Positions 13,614 to 27,900 of a stretch of 64,000 bases of DNA are shown here, one piece after another. This DNA comes from Amoebidium appalachense (Eukaryota > Protista > Ichthyosporea): positions 21,459,210 to 21,523,209 of the forward strand of contig CAVNZM010000001.1 of assembly GCA_963693365.1 (NCBI GenBank), given 5' to 3'. The notes under the pieces were generated by a model, which ran no database searches, was not told the DNA's origin, and was given only the letters and a program-made list of their open reading frames with translations. Made by a program: the position numbers and the translations under genes. Every line of letters starts with the position of its first letter. The first letter of the stretch is position 1.

Positions 13614-14329
13614 ACACGTACGTTCTGTAACACTCGTTCATCTCGTTGAGTGAGTCCTCGGTGAATTCGTATCCTGTCACCATGCTATACCACTCATTCC
13701 AGGAAACAAACACCCTTGTTGCTTTGCTGTTTGCGGCCGGGTTGTCTGGGATTAGGTTCCGTACGACGACTGGTATGACCTGTGAATATGTAAGGACAAT
13801 ATGGACAATGTGTGTGTGTGTGTGTGTGCATCTTGATGGTTGGTTGAGTGGCTCCCGGGGGGGGGGGGGGGGGGGGGGGGGTGTTGGTCAGATGAAAAGA
13901 AGCAGGAACCCTAGTCAAATAGTATGACCTGTGAGTTTGTAGGTGTGGGTGTGTGGGAGTTTGTAAGGGGAGGGGCTGGGGGTGGGGGGGGGGGGGGGGG
14001 GGGGGTCAGATGAAAAGAAGCAGGAACCCTAGTCAAATAGTATGACCTGTGAGTTTGTAGGTGTGGGTGTGTGGGAGTTTGTAGGGGGAGGGGCTGGGGG
14101 GGGGGGTGTTGGTCAGATGAAAAGAAGCAGGAACCCTAGTCAAATAGTATGACCTGTGAGTTTGTAGGTGTGGGTGTGTGGGAGTTTGTAAGGGGAGGGG
14201 CTGGGGGTGGGGGGGGGGGGGGGGGGTGTTGGTCAGATGAAAAGAAGCAGGAACCCTAGTCAAATAGTATGACCTGTGAGTTTGTAGGTGTGGGTGTGTG
14301 GGAGTTTGTAAGGGGAGGGGCTGGGGGGT

Positions 14330-14365
<36 letters not shown>

Positions 14366-16501
14366 CAGATGAAAAGAAGCAGGAACCCTAGTCAAATAGT
14401 ATGACCTGTGAGTTTGTAGGTGTGGGTGTGTGGGAGTTTGTAGGGGGAGGGGCTGGGGGGGTGTGGGGTGGGGTGGGGGGGGGGGGGGGGGGGGTTGGTC
14501 AGATTAAAAGAAGCAGGAACCCTAGTCAAATAGTATGACCTGTGAGTTTAGGGTGTGGGTGTGTGGGGGTTTGTAGGGGGAGGGGGCTGGGGGGGGGGGG
14601 GGGGGTGGGGGGGGGGGGGGGGAGGGGGGGGGGGGGGGGGGGGGGAGGCACCGCACAAAAACCCTAAAAAAATGATAAATATATTCATACGCGCATCACC
14701 CCTACACCCACCTTCATGATGTCTCTGTATTCATTGGCACGCATGAATGACAGGTCGGATACATTGCCGGTGAAATGTCTCAGGCCACTGTAGCGAGCCA
14801 TCCCATTGAACCGGCTGTCAAATTCCCGAATGATGGCGGCAGCTTCTGAGTCTGCTGCGGCACCCTCACCGTGTGTCTGCTCACACACGTATTTGACGTA
14901 CTGCACGTATTCGATAATCATCTGCTTGAATACGCCGCTGTCTCCCTGGTGCATGCGCTCGGTGGTTACACCCCATATCCACTGGAAGCCAGGGAATCCG
15001 ACGCATGCGTTACCATCGAAATCCGACAAAGAGCTGAACTTCAGCAACTGCGTTGCGGTCGCCTTGTCTCCCTGGTTGCCTTGCCGCAGTTCCGCGACCT
15101 TCGCTCGTATTTTGGTCACGTTGCTCTCGTGGTTGGGTGCATATGTTTCCCAAACCTTGTGCAAGTGCTCACAAGGAACCCGGCACTTATGGCAAGGATA
15201 GGCCGTTGACACGCCCGACCTGCAGGGGGCACACACAGCAGTGCTTGTTAATGCCAATGGCAGCAATGTACATGTCGACGACGTAAAAAAGATGACCAAT
15301 GGATAGTCCGGTTTAGCCCCTATGTACATACATACGACACCCACACGCCGTCCGTCATACGATCCATGGTACGGTCGTAATGTAATCCATAATATAGCTT
15401 GTACGGTCGTAAGACGATGCATAATACCATCGAGGATTACTTTCCGGCATACGAAGATATAAATACGAGAATTAAAGGAGTCCATTACATGCACCATGCC
15501 ACCACGATTGTTTTACTACTTGAACAAACCATGCACATGGGTGCTGTCAAAAGAGAGTACCTTGTACAGGTGACCTTGCGCCCTTCAGGCCAGTCCGTAA
15601 TGTAGTAGGCGACACGTGGGTAGAACTTCCGCCAGCGTTTGTCGCTGCCACAGAAAAACCACCGACCCTCCGCATTTATTTCACGCAGGGGGCCGCCTAC
15701 CACTTGGTCCAGTGCGTGGTGGAACAGTGCAAGTCGAGCCTTTGTCTGTGCCGCCTGTGATATCTTCCCGGTGAACTCGAGCTCAGGTATGTACGCCACG
15801 GGAAGCCTGTCAAGTTGGTATTTAGATTGCGAAACAGGGTTCATGAACTATGCACAACCCTGAAATATTCCCTGCCTCTGTTTGCACAAGCACAGAAACT
15901 GACACGTGCTTATACTCGGCAGTTTTATCTACGCGTGGACACACGTGCGATGGAAATAAACCAGGCTAACCCCCCCCCCCCCCCCCCCCGGTCCATACAC
16001 ACACAGGCACACACACAAACATGTGCAGCTAAGCTGTACACGCACCTAGCCCAGTCTTTGGACCTTACATCGCCCTTGATGTTGCCCAAACTGATGTAGA
16101 TAGGATACGCCTTTTTCCCGGCAAACTGGGTGAGTTGGGTCTGGTCAGAATAAACAATGATGGGCGCAATGACCCCGTCCCCAGGCACGTTAAGGGCATC
16201 TCTGATGATCCAGTCGCCGTCCATGACACTCCTGTACACACGTTTTCCTTCCTGGTTTGTTGGGAACTCAACCTTGTAGCTGATGGCCCCCTCCTCCTGC
16301 AGGGACGGATGCAATAGCATTCGTTGCAGACAGTCGCCCAGTGGCCGCCACATGATTTCCGTTTTCTTCACGCCCGGCAGACGCAGGTCCACCTGCATGC
16401 GAGTGAAATGCTTTTTTTTTTTTTTTTGGGGGGGGGGGGGGGGGGGTTTGGGGGGGTGGGGGGCCGGGGGGGGGTTTGGGTGGGGATGGATGTGGATGTG
16501 G

Positions 16502-16548
<47 letters not shown>

Positions 16549-16570
16549 GGGGTGGGGAGGGGCAAGGGCA

Positions 16571-16616
<46 letters not shown>

Positions 16617-16765
16617 GGGGAGTGTGAGACAGCGTTGGTGACAGATTATTGCCTGCTGGACTCGGAGGCGTATTGGCTGAAGGTGACAGTGGTGTTGTTT
16701 GTGGATTTTATCTATTTATTTGATTTATTTTCTATTTTTTTTATTATTTTTTTTTCCCCTGGGGG

Positions 16766-16798
<33 letters not shown>

Positions 16799-16923
16799 GG
16801 GTTGCACATGTTTGTGTGCATTACAGAACTCGGGCAGGAATGATGGCTCGACTGCTATGTCTAGTGTGTGTGAGTGTGTGTGTGTGTGGGTGAGTGGTGG
16901 TGGTGGTGGTGGTGGTGGTGGTG

Positions 16924-16954
<31 letters not shown>

Positions 16955-18186
16955 GGGGGGGGGGTTATGCACGTCATGATGATAATTATTATGTGTGAAT
17001 TGGAGAGCTGAGGCCGGAATGATTCTCAACCGCTATGTTTTGGGTGTGTGGGGTGTACATACCAGGCCAGGAATTTTGTCTGCCTTGCCGAGCGAGGAGT
17101 TTATCTACTTTTTCTGGAAGAGACATGGTGGCATCCGTAAACTGCTCGCGCAAGATGCTCAACAGCCGGTTGGCAGCACCGTTGGACACGTGGAAGTCTT
17201 GAAAATAGTGGGCCAAATCCGCCTAATATGTGTGTGTATGGAACCAGGGAGTGTTTGGGGGGAGGGGGGGGGGGGGGGGATCAGCAGTGTGAATGGCATA
17301 CTATAGTAAGAGACCTTATAACTTAGTATTCCCTTAGGACACGTCGAAGTCTTGTAAATAGTGGGGCACAATATCCGCCTATTATGTGTGTATGATGGCA
17401 CCAGGGAGTGTCGGGGGGGCGGGGGGGGGGGGGGGGGGGGGGGGAGGGATTGCCCGGGGGGGGGGGGAGGGGGGGGGAGTCACGGTGGGGGGGGAGGGGA
17501 TCAGCAATTTACCCCATACATAAGAGACCTTATAACTTATTGGAAGTCCAAAGCCCCTTTTTCATGTATGTATCAGATATCCAATCAGATTCATGTATCC
17601 AATATGTGGATGAATGTTGCGTCATGTGTGCGTACTTGCATGATATAAGGTTGAATACTCAATACCATACCTCCGCTTTGTTTTCAAACGGGTAGTTTGG
17701 ATCCTCCCTGAGACAGTCGATGAAATCACTGACACCTCTGATGTATGCCTTCTGTCCATCCGGGACGTCTACAGAAGATAAAGGCGAGTCGATATCATTC
17801 TCCACCACCAACTGGTTTGCCTGGTGTGTTTGCACCATGTTCCTCATTTTCATGTATGCATCCCCGTCCCCTAAAAATTCAAGGTAGTGTGTACACTCTG
17901 GTGCTACTTCGTTGTCATCACACTCATCAGAATCTTCCCATTCCTCCTCCCCATAGTCACCATTCTGTGGTGCGTTTTCAGTGTTGCCTGCGAGGTCAGG
18001 TTCTGTTTCCCTATCATATTGCTGTGTATGAGATGCAGTTGTGCTGCGAGTACGGCGTTGGCCATTGTTGCGTTCGATTAGCAAGGCCTCTGGTGAGACC
18101 ATGTGCACCCAGGTACGGTGGGATTCCAGGGCACCACGGTTCACAAACATCAAACTGCATTGGCCATGGGGACATGGAAGTCTCAT
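8316..18186 (-). CDS. Plavaka-family transposase, ~1000 aa, spliced; exons 18186-17671, 17222-17063, (unresolved small exon/s), 16392-16046, 15806-15561, 15219-14712, 13779-13622, 13374-13170, 9197-8316
   Basis: N-terminal C2H2 finger (CPHGQC...HRTWVH). Plavaka motifs PIIVYSDQTQLTQFAGKKAYPIYISLGNI, VAYIP, YITDWPE, PCHKC, RMHQGDSGVF, GLRHF, KFHAGVHY..RLFG..ESWERAHK..PYRMTNK and C-terminal RYDDV...FLVNKYV. GT-AG junctions are phase-consistent except 17063-16392. Confidence 0.9.
9455..12890. repeat. Intronic satellite, ~188-bp unit, ~18 copies, largely as a 376-bp dimer
   Basis: GACAGTCCGACCGG recurs every 187-189 bp with alternating variants (e.g. tgcctaatgc vs tgccctaaaatgc). Lies in the 3972-bp intron 13169-9198. 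Confidence 0.95.
13881..14590. repeat. Intronic tandem repeat, ~100-135-bp unit, 6 copies separated by G-runs
   Basis: GGTCAGAT(G/T)AAAAGAAGCAGGAACCCTAGTCAAATAGTATGACCTGTGAGTTT occurs six times. Confidence 0.95.
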
Positions 18187-18944
18187 CTTGCACGTGTGGT
18201 GCCCTCGGCGCCTCGTAATACTGTCTGCGACTGTACATAGGATAGTATTCAGATGGGGTGGTATGGTGATTGCGCAAACAACATGGGGCGCTTGCCCATT
18301 GGACTGAAATCATGTGGTTCCCGCGCACACAGCAACACCACGTACTGTCCGCGGTATGTTGAGGCTAACAACACTGTGAAGGTTTATCTTGTATGAGTTA
18401 TTACTGAAACACCACGTTTTAGAATCTCACGTGTAGTTGCATTACTTAATTCATTTTTCTCCAGTGTTTACGTATGTTTCATCACCGGACAGGTATGCAG
18501 CCGGCTCAGATCCGCCCAAGCGGATAAATATGATTGGCCAACAATATTATTCTGGCGCATAATGTCCACCTTGACATGTGCTTTATGACCATGAAATACC
18601 TCATATAAGCGCTGCGCTCTTAAATTATAAAACAATATACTATGTAAATATATTACTGTTGCTGGCTGTCTATTCATTAACCATGTCGCTATGATAAACG
18701 CAGGACTGACAACACAGCGTATTTACTCGCCCTTTGTATTGGTGAGTTGTCATGTAATTGCAAACGATTGGCTACTTTCCGGGCATGCAATGTTGCCTGA
18801 TCTCAGCGATAATTGGCCAGCGACAGCCAATGAAAAGTTTCTCAGATGGAATGCCCGTGAATCCCCGCATGGTCTGGCTGCAGTCGCAGACGCTGTATAT
18901 TCTGTATTACGAGCGGTTTCCGACCGTCTAGCATTGAAGAAGAA
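18187..18944. promoter_or_regulatory. Putative bidirectional promoter region between the transposase and the JmjC gene
   Basis: Positional inference from divergent start codons; several ATTGG (CCAAT) motifs and an AT-rich core. Confidence 0.35.
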
Positions 18945-20360
18945 ATGGGTCCCCCTGCCGCCAAGAAGGTCGATGGGAGAGGCAAAGAGGGGAACGGGCT
19001 TCGCAAAAGCCCACGCAAAGACAGTAGAGCTGCCGCTCCTGCCACCAAGAATAAGACCGGTGGCAAGAAAGGCGTGTTGCCCTCTTTAAAGGGGGCGGGT
19101 GGGGGGAAGGCAGACGGGGAACGGGCCAAGCCTAAAATTAAGGCTGCGGAGAATGCAAGGCGCATCATGCAGGCACTGGAGACGTCCCCCGCAAAGAGCA
19201 GGCCCAAGAGGAAAGGTGGGGGTCCCTGTCGTGAGTTTTTTGGTGTTTGTGTGTGTTCTGCACGCGGCGGATATAAGAAGCCCCGTTAACGCTTGTACAG
19301 GTTCAGTGTAACCTTGTTGCTGTTGTGGACACACCCCCTCTATTTGTCATCACATCTTTTGACATCCTCTCACCTTGCCTACGTTGTTTACTATGGCTTG
19401 CCCTAGGGCTTTAAGCGCTCTTGCTGCGCTGCACAAAGCAGAAAAAGAAGGGAAAGGCGTTGTAGTTACACCATCATTCTCGTCCCCCATACCTTTCCAA
19501 GATGCAAGAAAGTTTATCAGTTCACAAGATGTAGCAAGGGCCGTGGTCAAGCACACCGTCGTGCCTGTTTCGGACACGTGGTGTGAAATAAAACGCACAA
19601 AAGCACAATGTTCAATCACACAGTGTGACGGTCATGAGGGAGATTCTTCTTGGTTGTTAAACATGGAACCAAATGCGCTGGTGGCATTATACGACGAGAT
19701 TATTTTGGGAGAAGGAGGCCTTTATTTGTCAGACGCACACGTGGACCATGCAAACATCACAGACAGTCGTTTTTATGACCTCACTGAGTTATGCAATCAC
19801 ACTCCCTTGGGCGTTGACCACTACAAAGAAGAGATGGAAGGGCTAAATCTGGACTTGGCATATGCACATGTGTCGAAGGACGGTCTTTCAGGTTTTGGTT
19901 CTCACGTTGAAGATGCGGCGTTCGCAGCTGCAAGCCTTGTAGTTTGTGGGTACAAGGCTTGGTTTGTACATCCACCATGGCAGTACCCACACATCCTTAA
20001 CCTTGCCCGGCAAGGCATCCCTGGCCTGGCCTGCGAGAATCCTTTGCAGCACAAGTGTTTTCTTCCGCGAACCGTTTCATATCTCATAAAACAGGGACTA
20101 GCCCCAGATGTTGTTGTTCAGGGCCCAGGTGACCTTGTACAAACAACACCTCTTGCGCTGCATTATGGCTTCCAGTGCGGCCCCAACGTAGCGTTCGCTA
20201 TTAACACGGCCACAAAGCGGTGGCTAAAGATGTATGCACAATATCAGGCGTGTGCATGCAACATACATTTCCATCCAAGTGCCGCAAAAATGACACGCGC
20301 ATTTGAGTCCGTGATGCAGCACGGCTTGCCAGTATGCAATGGTGCTAACCCCCCCCCCCC

Positions 20361-20407
<47 letters not shown>

Positions 20408-21362
20408 GTGAAAATCGCTTAAAAGGTAAAGGGTTCAACTAGCGATCGAGCTGGTTTTGTGTGTACCTTGTGTTTCCTTGGAGTAGGTGTAAGTCAATGT
20501 TATTGTTTTTCCTCTTTCTGTGCTCTTGTCTGGTCTGTTTTGTAACTAACCCCACACGTTCAACACAGAAGAAGACCTACTACCAACTCATACACTCTGA
20601 ACGGTATGACACTCTAGCACTGGTACACAGTGTTCCAATGGTTGCTTGGTGAAACATGTTTGGGGCTTCGTTTTTGATGCGGAACATACTTATGTATGGG
20701 TTTCGCATCATGTTAGTATATCCTGGACACAGCGGAAACCTCTCGAATGTATAGCATCGACCCGTCCGAAGGATATCGAATGGATGGCATTCGTATGTCG
20801 GACGTTGCATCGACCCGTCCGAAGGATATCCAATGGATGGCATTTGTACGTCGTATGTAGCGTCGACCCGTTCAAAGGATATCAAACGGATGGTATTCGT
20901 ATGTCGTACGTATGGGTTACATGTCATCGTAGTGGATAGCGTATACCTCCTACGCTATCGTATCGATAGCATGATGGTGGGAGTAATGCATTTTGAAGAC
21001 AGTGTATGGATAACATAGTCATGGAATTATGGTGTCATTTCATATCAACCTCTACACTTGTTATCATACCCTTACTTTGCAATCGACCAACATACGACCA
21101 GAATGTTCTAACGTTGACAAACTGTCCCCCCCCCCCCCCCCCCTCCCCCCTCCCCCTCCCCCCCCCCCCCCCCCCAAAAAAAAATAAATAAATAAAATAA
21201 AATAAAAAAAACACACACACAAACACACACACACCACCACAAGACAAACATCCACAATACACAAATCAATCGCAACCCCTACTCCAAAACAAAACAAATA
21301 TGCAGTTTTGATATTCTTCCAACGGCCCAGCGCATCGCCACCATGAAGGGCGTCACTGAGGC
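18945..21362 (+). CDS. KDM4-like JmjC-domain gene, 5' part: probable Lys-rich exon 18945-19230 (junction unresolved), JmjC exon ~19407-20331, exon 20569-20603, exon 21306-21362 cut by copy B
   Basis: FGSHVED...GYKAWFVHPP...CENPLQHK...VQGPGDLVQTTPLALHYGFQCGPNVAFAINTATKRW...CAC parallels KDM4 FAWHTED...PKSWY..PP...CxxFLRHK...TQxxGEFMITFP..YHAGFNHGFNCAESTNFATxRW...CSC. Splice phases 20331/20569 and 20603/21306 are consistent. Confidence 0.9.
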
Positions 21363-21602
21363 CATCAGCAATCTCCCCCCCCCTCGTAACCCCACCGAAG
21401 ACCTCGTCGATGGGTTGGCACTGGTTTAGGACTGTCTAATGGATGGGTTTACGCTATATGAAGGAAAAACCTCCAAACCCGTCGACGACGTCGTAGACCG
21501 TCGGCGGAGTGGTTTACGACCCCCTTAGGGATGACCGACAGTATTGGGACAGCCCAATGTATAACCCTAACCACACCTATGGATGGGTTTACAGCAACCA
21601 TA

Positions 21603-23260
21603 ACTTTCGTGGTACTCCTAACCCCATACATTGGATGTACACGGGATGTCGTGCACTCCTCCGGATTACGACATCATAAGATGGTCTTGCTGCACCCCCT
21701 CGGAAGACTGTCTTACGACGTCGGAAGAAACTGTCGAATGGATGGGTTTACAATATCCATACGAATGTCCTCGACAACCATAAGTTGTCGTAAACCCCAC
21801 CTGTGTACGACATCGTAACATGCTCTTACGACACCCCACGTGAGACTGTCGCTAGACGTCTGAAACCCCGCCGTATGGATTGGTTTACAGTATCCATTTG
21901 AAGGTCCACGATACACTGTGTATGTCGTAAACACCTGCACATTACGACATCGTAAGATGATATTATGGTGGTACTCCTAACCCCATACATTGGATGTACA
22001 CTGGATGTCGTGCACACCTCCGGATTACGACATCATAAGATGGTCTTGCTGCACCCCTCGGAAGACAGTCCTACGACGTCGGAAATAACTGTCGTATGGA
22101 TGGGTTTAAAATATCCATATGAATGTCCTCGACAACCATTAGTTGTCGTAAACCCCACCTGAGTCAGACATCGTAACATGCTCTTACGACACCCCACGTG
22201 AGACTGTCACTAGACGTCTGAAACCCCGCCGGATGGATTGGTTTACAGTATCCATTTGAAGGTCCATGACAGGCTGTGTATGTCGTAAACACCTGCACAT
22301 TACGACATCGTAAGATGATATTATGGTGGTACTCCTAACCCCATACATTGGATGTACACTGAATGTCGTGCACTCCTCCGGATTACGACATCATAAGATG
22401 GTCTTGCTGCACCCCCTCGGAAGACTGTCTTACGACGTCGGAAATAACTGTCGAATGGATGGGTTTACAATATCCATATGAATGTCCTCGACAACCATTA
22501 GTTGTCGTAAACCCCACCTGTGTACGACATCGTAACATGCTCTTACGACACCCCACGTGAGACTGTCAATAGACGTCTGAAACCCCGCCGGATGGATTGG
22601 TTTACAGTATCCATATGAAGGCCCACGATACACTGTGTATGTCGTAAAGACCTGCACATTACGACATCGTAAGATGATATTATGGTGGTACTCCTAACCC
22701 CATACATTGGATGTACACTGGATGTCGTGCACACCTCCGGATTACGACATCATAAGATGGTCTTGCTGCACCCCCTCGAAAGACTGTCTTACGACGTCGG
22801 AAATAACTGTCGAATGGATGGGTTTACAATATCCATATGAATGTCCTCGACAACCATTAGTTGTCGTAAACCCCCCCAGTATACGACATCGTAACATGCT
22901 CTTGCGACACCCAACGTGAGACTGTCAATAGACGTCTGAAACCCCCCGCATGGATTGGTTTACAGTATCCATATGAAGGTCCACGATACACTGTGTATGT
23001 CGTAAACACCTGCACATTACGACATCGTAAGATGATATTATGGTGGTACTCCTAACCCCATACATTGGATGTACACTGGATGTCGTGCACACCTCCGGAT
23101 TACGACATCATAAAATGGTCTTGCTGCACCCCCTCGGAAGACTGTCTTAAGACATCGGAAACAACTGTCGAATGGATGGGTTTACAATATCCATATGAGT
23201 GTCCTCGACAACCATTAGTTGTCGTAAAGACGTCTGAAAACCCCGCCTGATGGATGGGTT
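21603..23260. repeat. Subterminal ~358-bp array of copy B, ~4.5 copies
   Basis: Same unit as 5740-7745, with starts at ~21611, 21970, 22328, 22686 and 23044. Confidence 0.95.
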
Positions 23261-23834
23261 TACCGTATCGATAGGAAGGTCATGGCAGGCCATGTTGAAA
23301 TCATATAAATTAGCACTGGTAGTAAAAAACCAAGCTGTGTACATTTTAATTGAGCATCTGGAGGGGCTGCTGTATAGCTATATGATACCGGGCCACTATC
23401 ATTAGGCAGGTATGTGTGATATAGATGTTAATAATTTTCTTGTAGAATTGTAAATAATAACTGGTGGCACGGCCTTCTGGATACATATAACAATGGATGT
23501 TTTATGGGGGTTTCGTGGGAATGCTGGCATACTTGAGAGAGAATACATAAGAGAACGAATAGGATGCTGATTCGGAGGGGGTACAAGAACTAGCAGAGTT
23601 TGTGGGTGCCTGGAACGGCAGGAAGTTATAGTAGTGGGATAATTATATTGCGGAAAGCTGAACAGTGTAGCGTATAGACGGCGGTGAACATGCCGGTATG
23701 AAGTCCATATGCGTGTACATGTATTAAAAGTAAATCAAGAGCGGTGCCAAAAGAACTTATTTAATAAACAAAAAAAACAAAACTGAAGATAATCTGATAG
23801 AAAACACCTGACATTTACAAACCATGCACTCAAT

Positions 23835-24194
23835 TCAAGAGTTACGACCCATGTGCACGTATTTGTTAACGAGGAACTCCTTCCTCCCCCCTACGGGGAC
23901 CTTCACCGGGATGCAGTGGAAAATCCCCAATATAGACTCGACGTCAATAACGTCGTACCTTGGTCTTCGCTGCGCATTCGCACCAACCATCTCCCATGTC
24001 AGTCGGGGACAACGTGTGTGTTCGTCCAGATGTCTGCGCTCTGTGTAGTATCGAACGAAGGCACGATTCAGAAGCTTGTCCCCATGCTCTGAAGTGCAGG
24101 TGAAGAGAAGCACCACCTTTGCGTAGAAATGCACCTCATCGCCGTCCTCGTCTTCCCCCGCACCAATAATGACGTCATCGTACCTATCCCGAGC
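23835..24194 (-). pseudogene. 3' remnant of the Plavaka transposase in copy B
   Basis: Nearly identical to 8316-8674, then jumps to sequence equivalent to ~9352, a deletion of ~680 bp that includes the splice acceptor. Confidence 0.9.
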
Positions 24195-24304
24195 ACACAA
24201 ACCCAAACCAAATATATATATATATAAATTCTCCATGTTTCAAACCCCCCCCCGGCCCATTACGCCTCCCCAATGTAAACCGGGTACTAATTTATTGCCC
24301 AGGG

Positions 24305-24792
24305 CCTCCCAAAGTTTGGTTGTGCTCCCATCAATCCCCTGCACGTTATTAACTGTTGCCAACCCCCAACCCCCCCTTTTCCCTATGTATTATAGCGCAT
24401 TTTGCCTAATATGGACGTACAACGGTTAATAACTTTCCCCACAGAAATGGGGAGACAGTCCGACCGGTTTTGTTAGACCCCCCACACAGAGACACTGCCT
24501 AATGCAAATTTTGGTTGTGCTCCCATCAATTGTTCCCCTGCACGTTATTAACTGTTGAATCCCCCCCTTTTCCCTATGTATTATAGCGCATTTTGCCTAA
24601 TATGGACGTACAACGGTTAGTAACTTTCCCCACAGAAATGGGGAGACAGTCCGACCGGTTTTGTTAGACCCCCCACACAGAGACACTGCCTAATGCAAAG
24701 TTTGGTTGTCCTCCCATCAATCCCCTGCACGTTATTAACTGTTGAATCCCCCCCTTTTCCCTATGTATTATAGCGCATTTTGCCTAATATGG
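24305..24792. repeat. 188-bp satellite of copy B (resumes at 29458-29645 after the LINE)
   Basis: Same unit as 9455-12890, interrupted at TAATATGG|ACGTAC. Confidence 0.92.
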
Positions 24793-24951
24793 GGTTTACA
24801 CACTTTTTATTGCGTGGACATTGCCGGAGGCCCAGCCACATTCGACGGCCTACTGCGTTTTCCAGCACAGCCAATCAAATGCAGCCAGTGACATATGTAC
24901 ATGCTAGGCAACAATGAGCGCCATCGTAGTATCTGACACCCCTATTACATA

Positions 24952-27900
24952 TTATGGGTAAGCAGATGCTAGCATCGGTAGCTCCGACAGAAAGTTAAGG
25001 CACCGGATCACAATATCATACTGTGCAGCATTAATAAGGTGATCTAGGATAGTCATCTTAAAACGGATATATTGAGGAAGAGAGGGAGAAAAGAGAATAA
25101 AACCGCCAATAACCTCCGGTTCTAATACACTAGCTAACAGGTTGCATTTATTGATAGATATGCAGCCGCGAGTAAACCGCCCCCCACACATATTACACAT
25201 ACGAGCAGGAGACACCAGAAACCGATTACACCGCCAAGCCATAATCATCTTTGCGTTTTTACACCACACCACATTACGAATAAACGAATCTATGTATGAA
25301 CGAGACTCTCTAACCGTATCCGCCATATAGGCTACTAGTAGTGGGTGTTTGTGCGGTCCTAACACCGGAAGGGACTCAACACGTAGAGTAAAAAGATATC
25401 TATCAGCCATAGATTTGAAACTATTCATATTCACACTATGATCTAGCCGTACCTCCGGGGGGGTCGCCAGCCATTCCACATAGCGCTCGGCAATGGGCAG
25501 AGACGATGGGGAAGGGAAGAGGTACAGGGACGAATCCGGCGGGGATGCGTGTAGCCGGAAGAGCGGGTGGTCCGGGGCACAAGCGGACAGGCGGGTGATG
25601 TGCTCGTGAAATTTAAGGGCTAATTCGTGTACGCGTTGTGATGGTGGTGTGAGTGCGTAGAGAGAATCAAAAAGGCGTCTAGGGATAGGTGTGGAAAGAC
25701 CAGTGAGAAACATACAACAAGTTGTGTAATGGAAATCATCTAATGATTTGAGGACATTAGTAACAGTATCAGGGGGTGCCATAGCTAGTAAGGGCAACCC
25801 GTATTCCGACAAAGGGCGAATATATGTGCGAAATATACTAAGACGATTGTATAGGTGGACAGTATGAGAAAGAGTAGCAAGATACACATCCCGAAATAAC
25901 CGAAGACACCTGCCTGCACTCTCCACCCGACGGTCGATCATCCGTTTGAAACATATGCCCCATTCGTCCACCGGAATCCCCAAATACTTGTATTCGATTG
26001 GGCGAGGGAGGGGACTGCCGAAAATACAAACGTCGTCCCATGCCGGTATCGATTTTGATAAAAGGGCACACTTTTTGACATTAATCTGCATATCGTTGCG
26101 CTGGCACCAATGTTCAACCACACGAATGTATTGCCGTAGTTCGAGAGGATCGGATGACATAAGCACAATATCGTCGGCAAAAAAGAGGGCGGGAGGAGCC
26201 TGGGATGGCAACCCCCCGTCAATTTGTGCCGCAGAAAGAGTGTCGGCTAAATCATCAATATACAGGTTGAAAAGAAGAGGACTTAGCAGGGACCCTTGAA
26301 GTACCCCGCGCGTGCGGGTAAACCCTGGGGATAGCCGCCCATTAACCACCGCTCGTCCGCGTGTAAACGTAAACATAGCTTCCAGTAGCCGACCCATTTG
26401 GAATGGGACACCGCGAGTGGCTAACTTGGCCCACAGACGAGGGAGGTCGACCGTGTCGTACGCGTTCTTAAAATCGATAAATACGAGGTGCTCGGTATCA
26501 CTTTGAGTTGCATTATGTAGAGTGAGGATTTGTGCGTAACATGAGTGTCGATGCCGAAACGCCGCCTGAAGAGGGCTCAGCTGGGAAGCCTGCTTAAGGG
26601 TGGGGTTATGGGAAAAGGCCTGTAAAAGGCCACTTTCGAATAATCGGCGAAAAACGGACGTAAGGGTGATAGGGCGAAATTCGTGGATGGGACCCTGTGC
26701 AACCGTTTTCTTGATGGGAAACACTAAGGTGGCTAGCCACTCCGAGGGCACTTTACCGACATCAGAATACCAGCTAAACAACTCGCTAAGAATACATGTA
26801 AGTGGTGGCGGCGGGCCACGCTTTTCGTCTTTCTCGGGTCGGGGTGGGATGAGTACCTTAAGTAGTGCCATAGGGATGCCGTCCGGCCCGCACGCTTTGC
26901 GGGACGGGTAACGGGAGACTAACTGCCATACCGCATCTGGGGTAAAAAGTTCCCCCAATGCCGCCCCAAACTCAGCCGGCCCCGCTGGCCACGCCGTGTG
27001 TGGTGGTGGTGGTGTGTCGGAGGGTGGAACAAAAACAGGAGGGGGCGCCTGCCCCAGGTCCGTGGCCATACATGTCGGGTTACTTTTAAACAGGGTGCCG
27101 TAAAAGGAATCGGTTGCAGATTCCGGGTCGGATGACGGGTCGGCCGTTATTCGAATCGAATGATCGCCGCGATCAATCTTCCGAATATTACCCAATAGCA
27201 TGTGATACGGTAGAGGCTTACGTAAGGCAGCCTCCGCTCGAGGGCCGCGAGTGTGTGTAGTTCGTGCTTGTGGGTAAACTTGGGCACCTAAACAGGCATA
27301 TTCACCTATGTCCCACAAGGTTTCTCGTACTGTAGACCAGACGCTATCGATGAAGGTCTGGTCGGTGCGTAGTGGGGTTTGGCGTCCATCACGCACAAGC
27401 GATAATAGACTCGGTTGCACCGTCTCGAAAAAGAAGCGAGTGTCTGCTTGGCCGCGCTGGCTTTTAAGTTCGCGTACGTTAAGTCTGTAAGTGTGTTGTG
27501 GTGACGGCGTAGAAAGGCTAAGTGTAGTGCGAAAGACTATAGGTAGGTGGTCTGACGGTGGGGGGTGTAGGTTGTGGTGTATGTGTAGGGTGCAAGGACC
27601 AGAGGCTGCCCCCCAGTCCGTGCGGTGTTCTTGTACTACAGATGGAAGAGTAAGGCGTAAGGCTGTAACAAAAGTGTGAAAGGTTGGCGTGCGTGGGTGG
27701 TTGGGTTTAAGTAGGGCCTGTGGGTGGCCGTGTAGGGGGTGTGGGGTGGTAGTTAGCGGGCTATTAAAGTCTCCTAACACTAGTGTGGGGTTATGTGAGG
27801 CGATGGTGTTAAGCTCGTGTTTAAGTGCTAGAAGTGGAAGGCTAGGTGGAAAATAAACAAAAGTGCATATATGGCCACAAACTGAGATGGTGAGTGTGTG

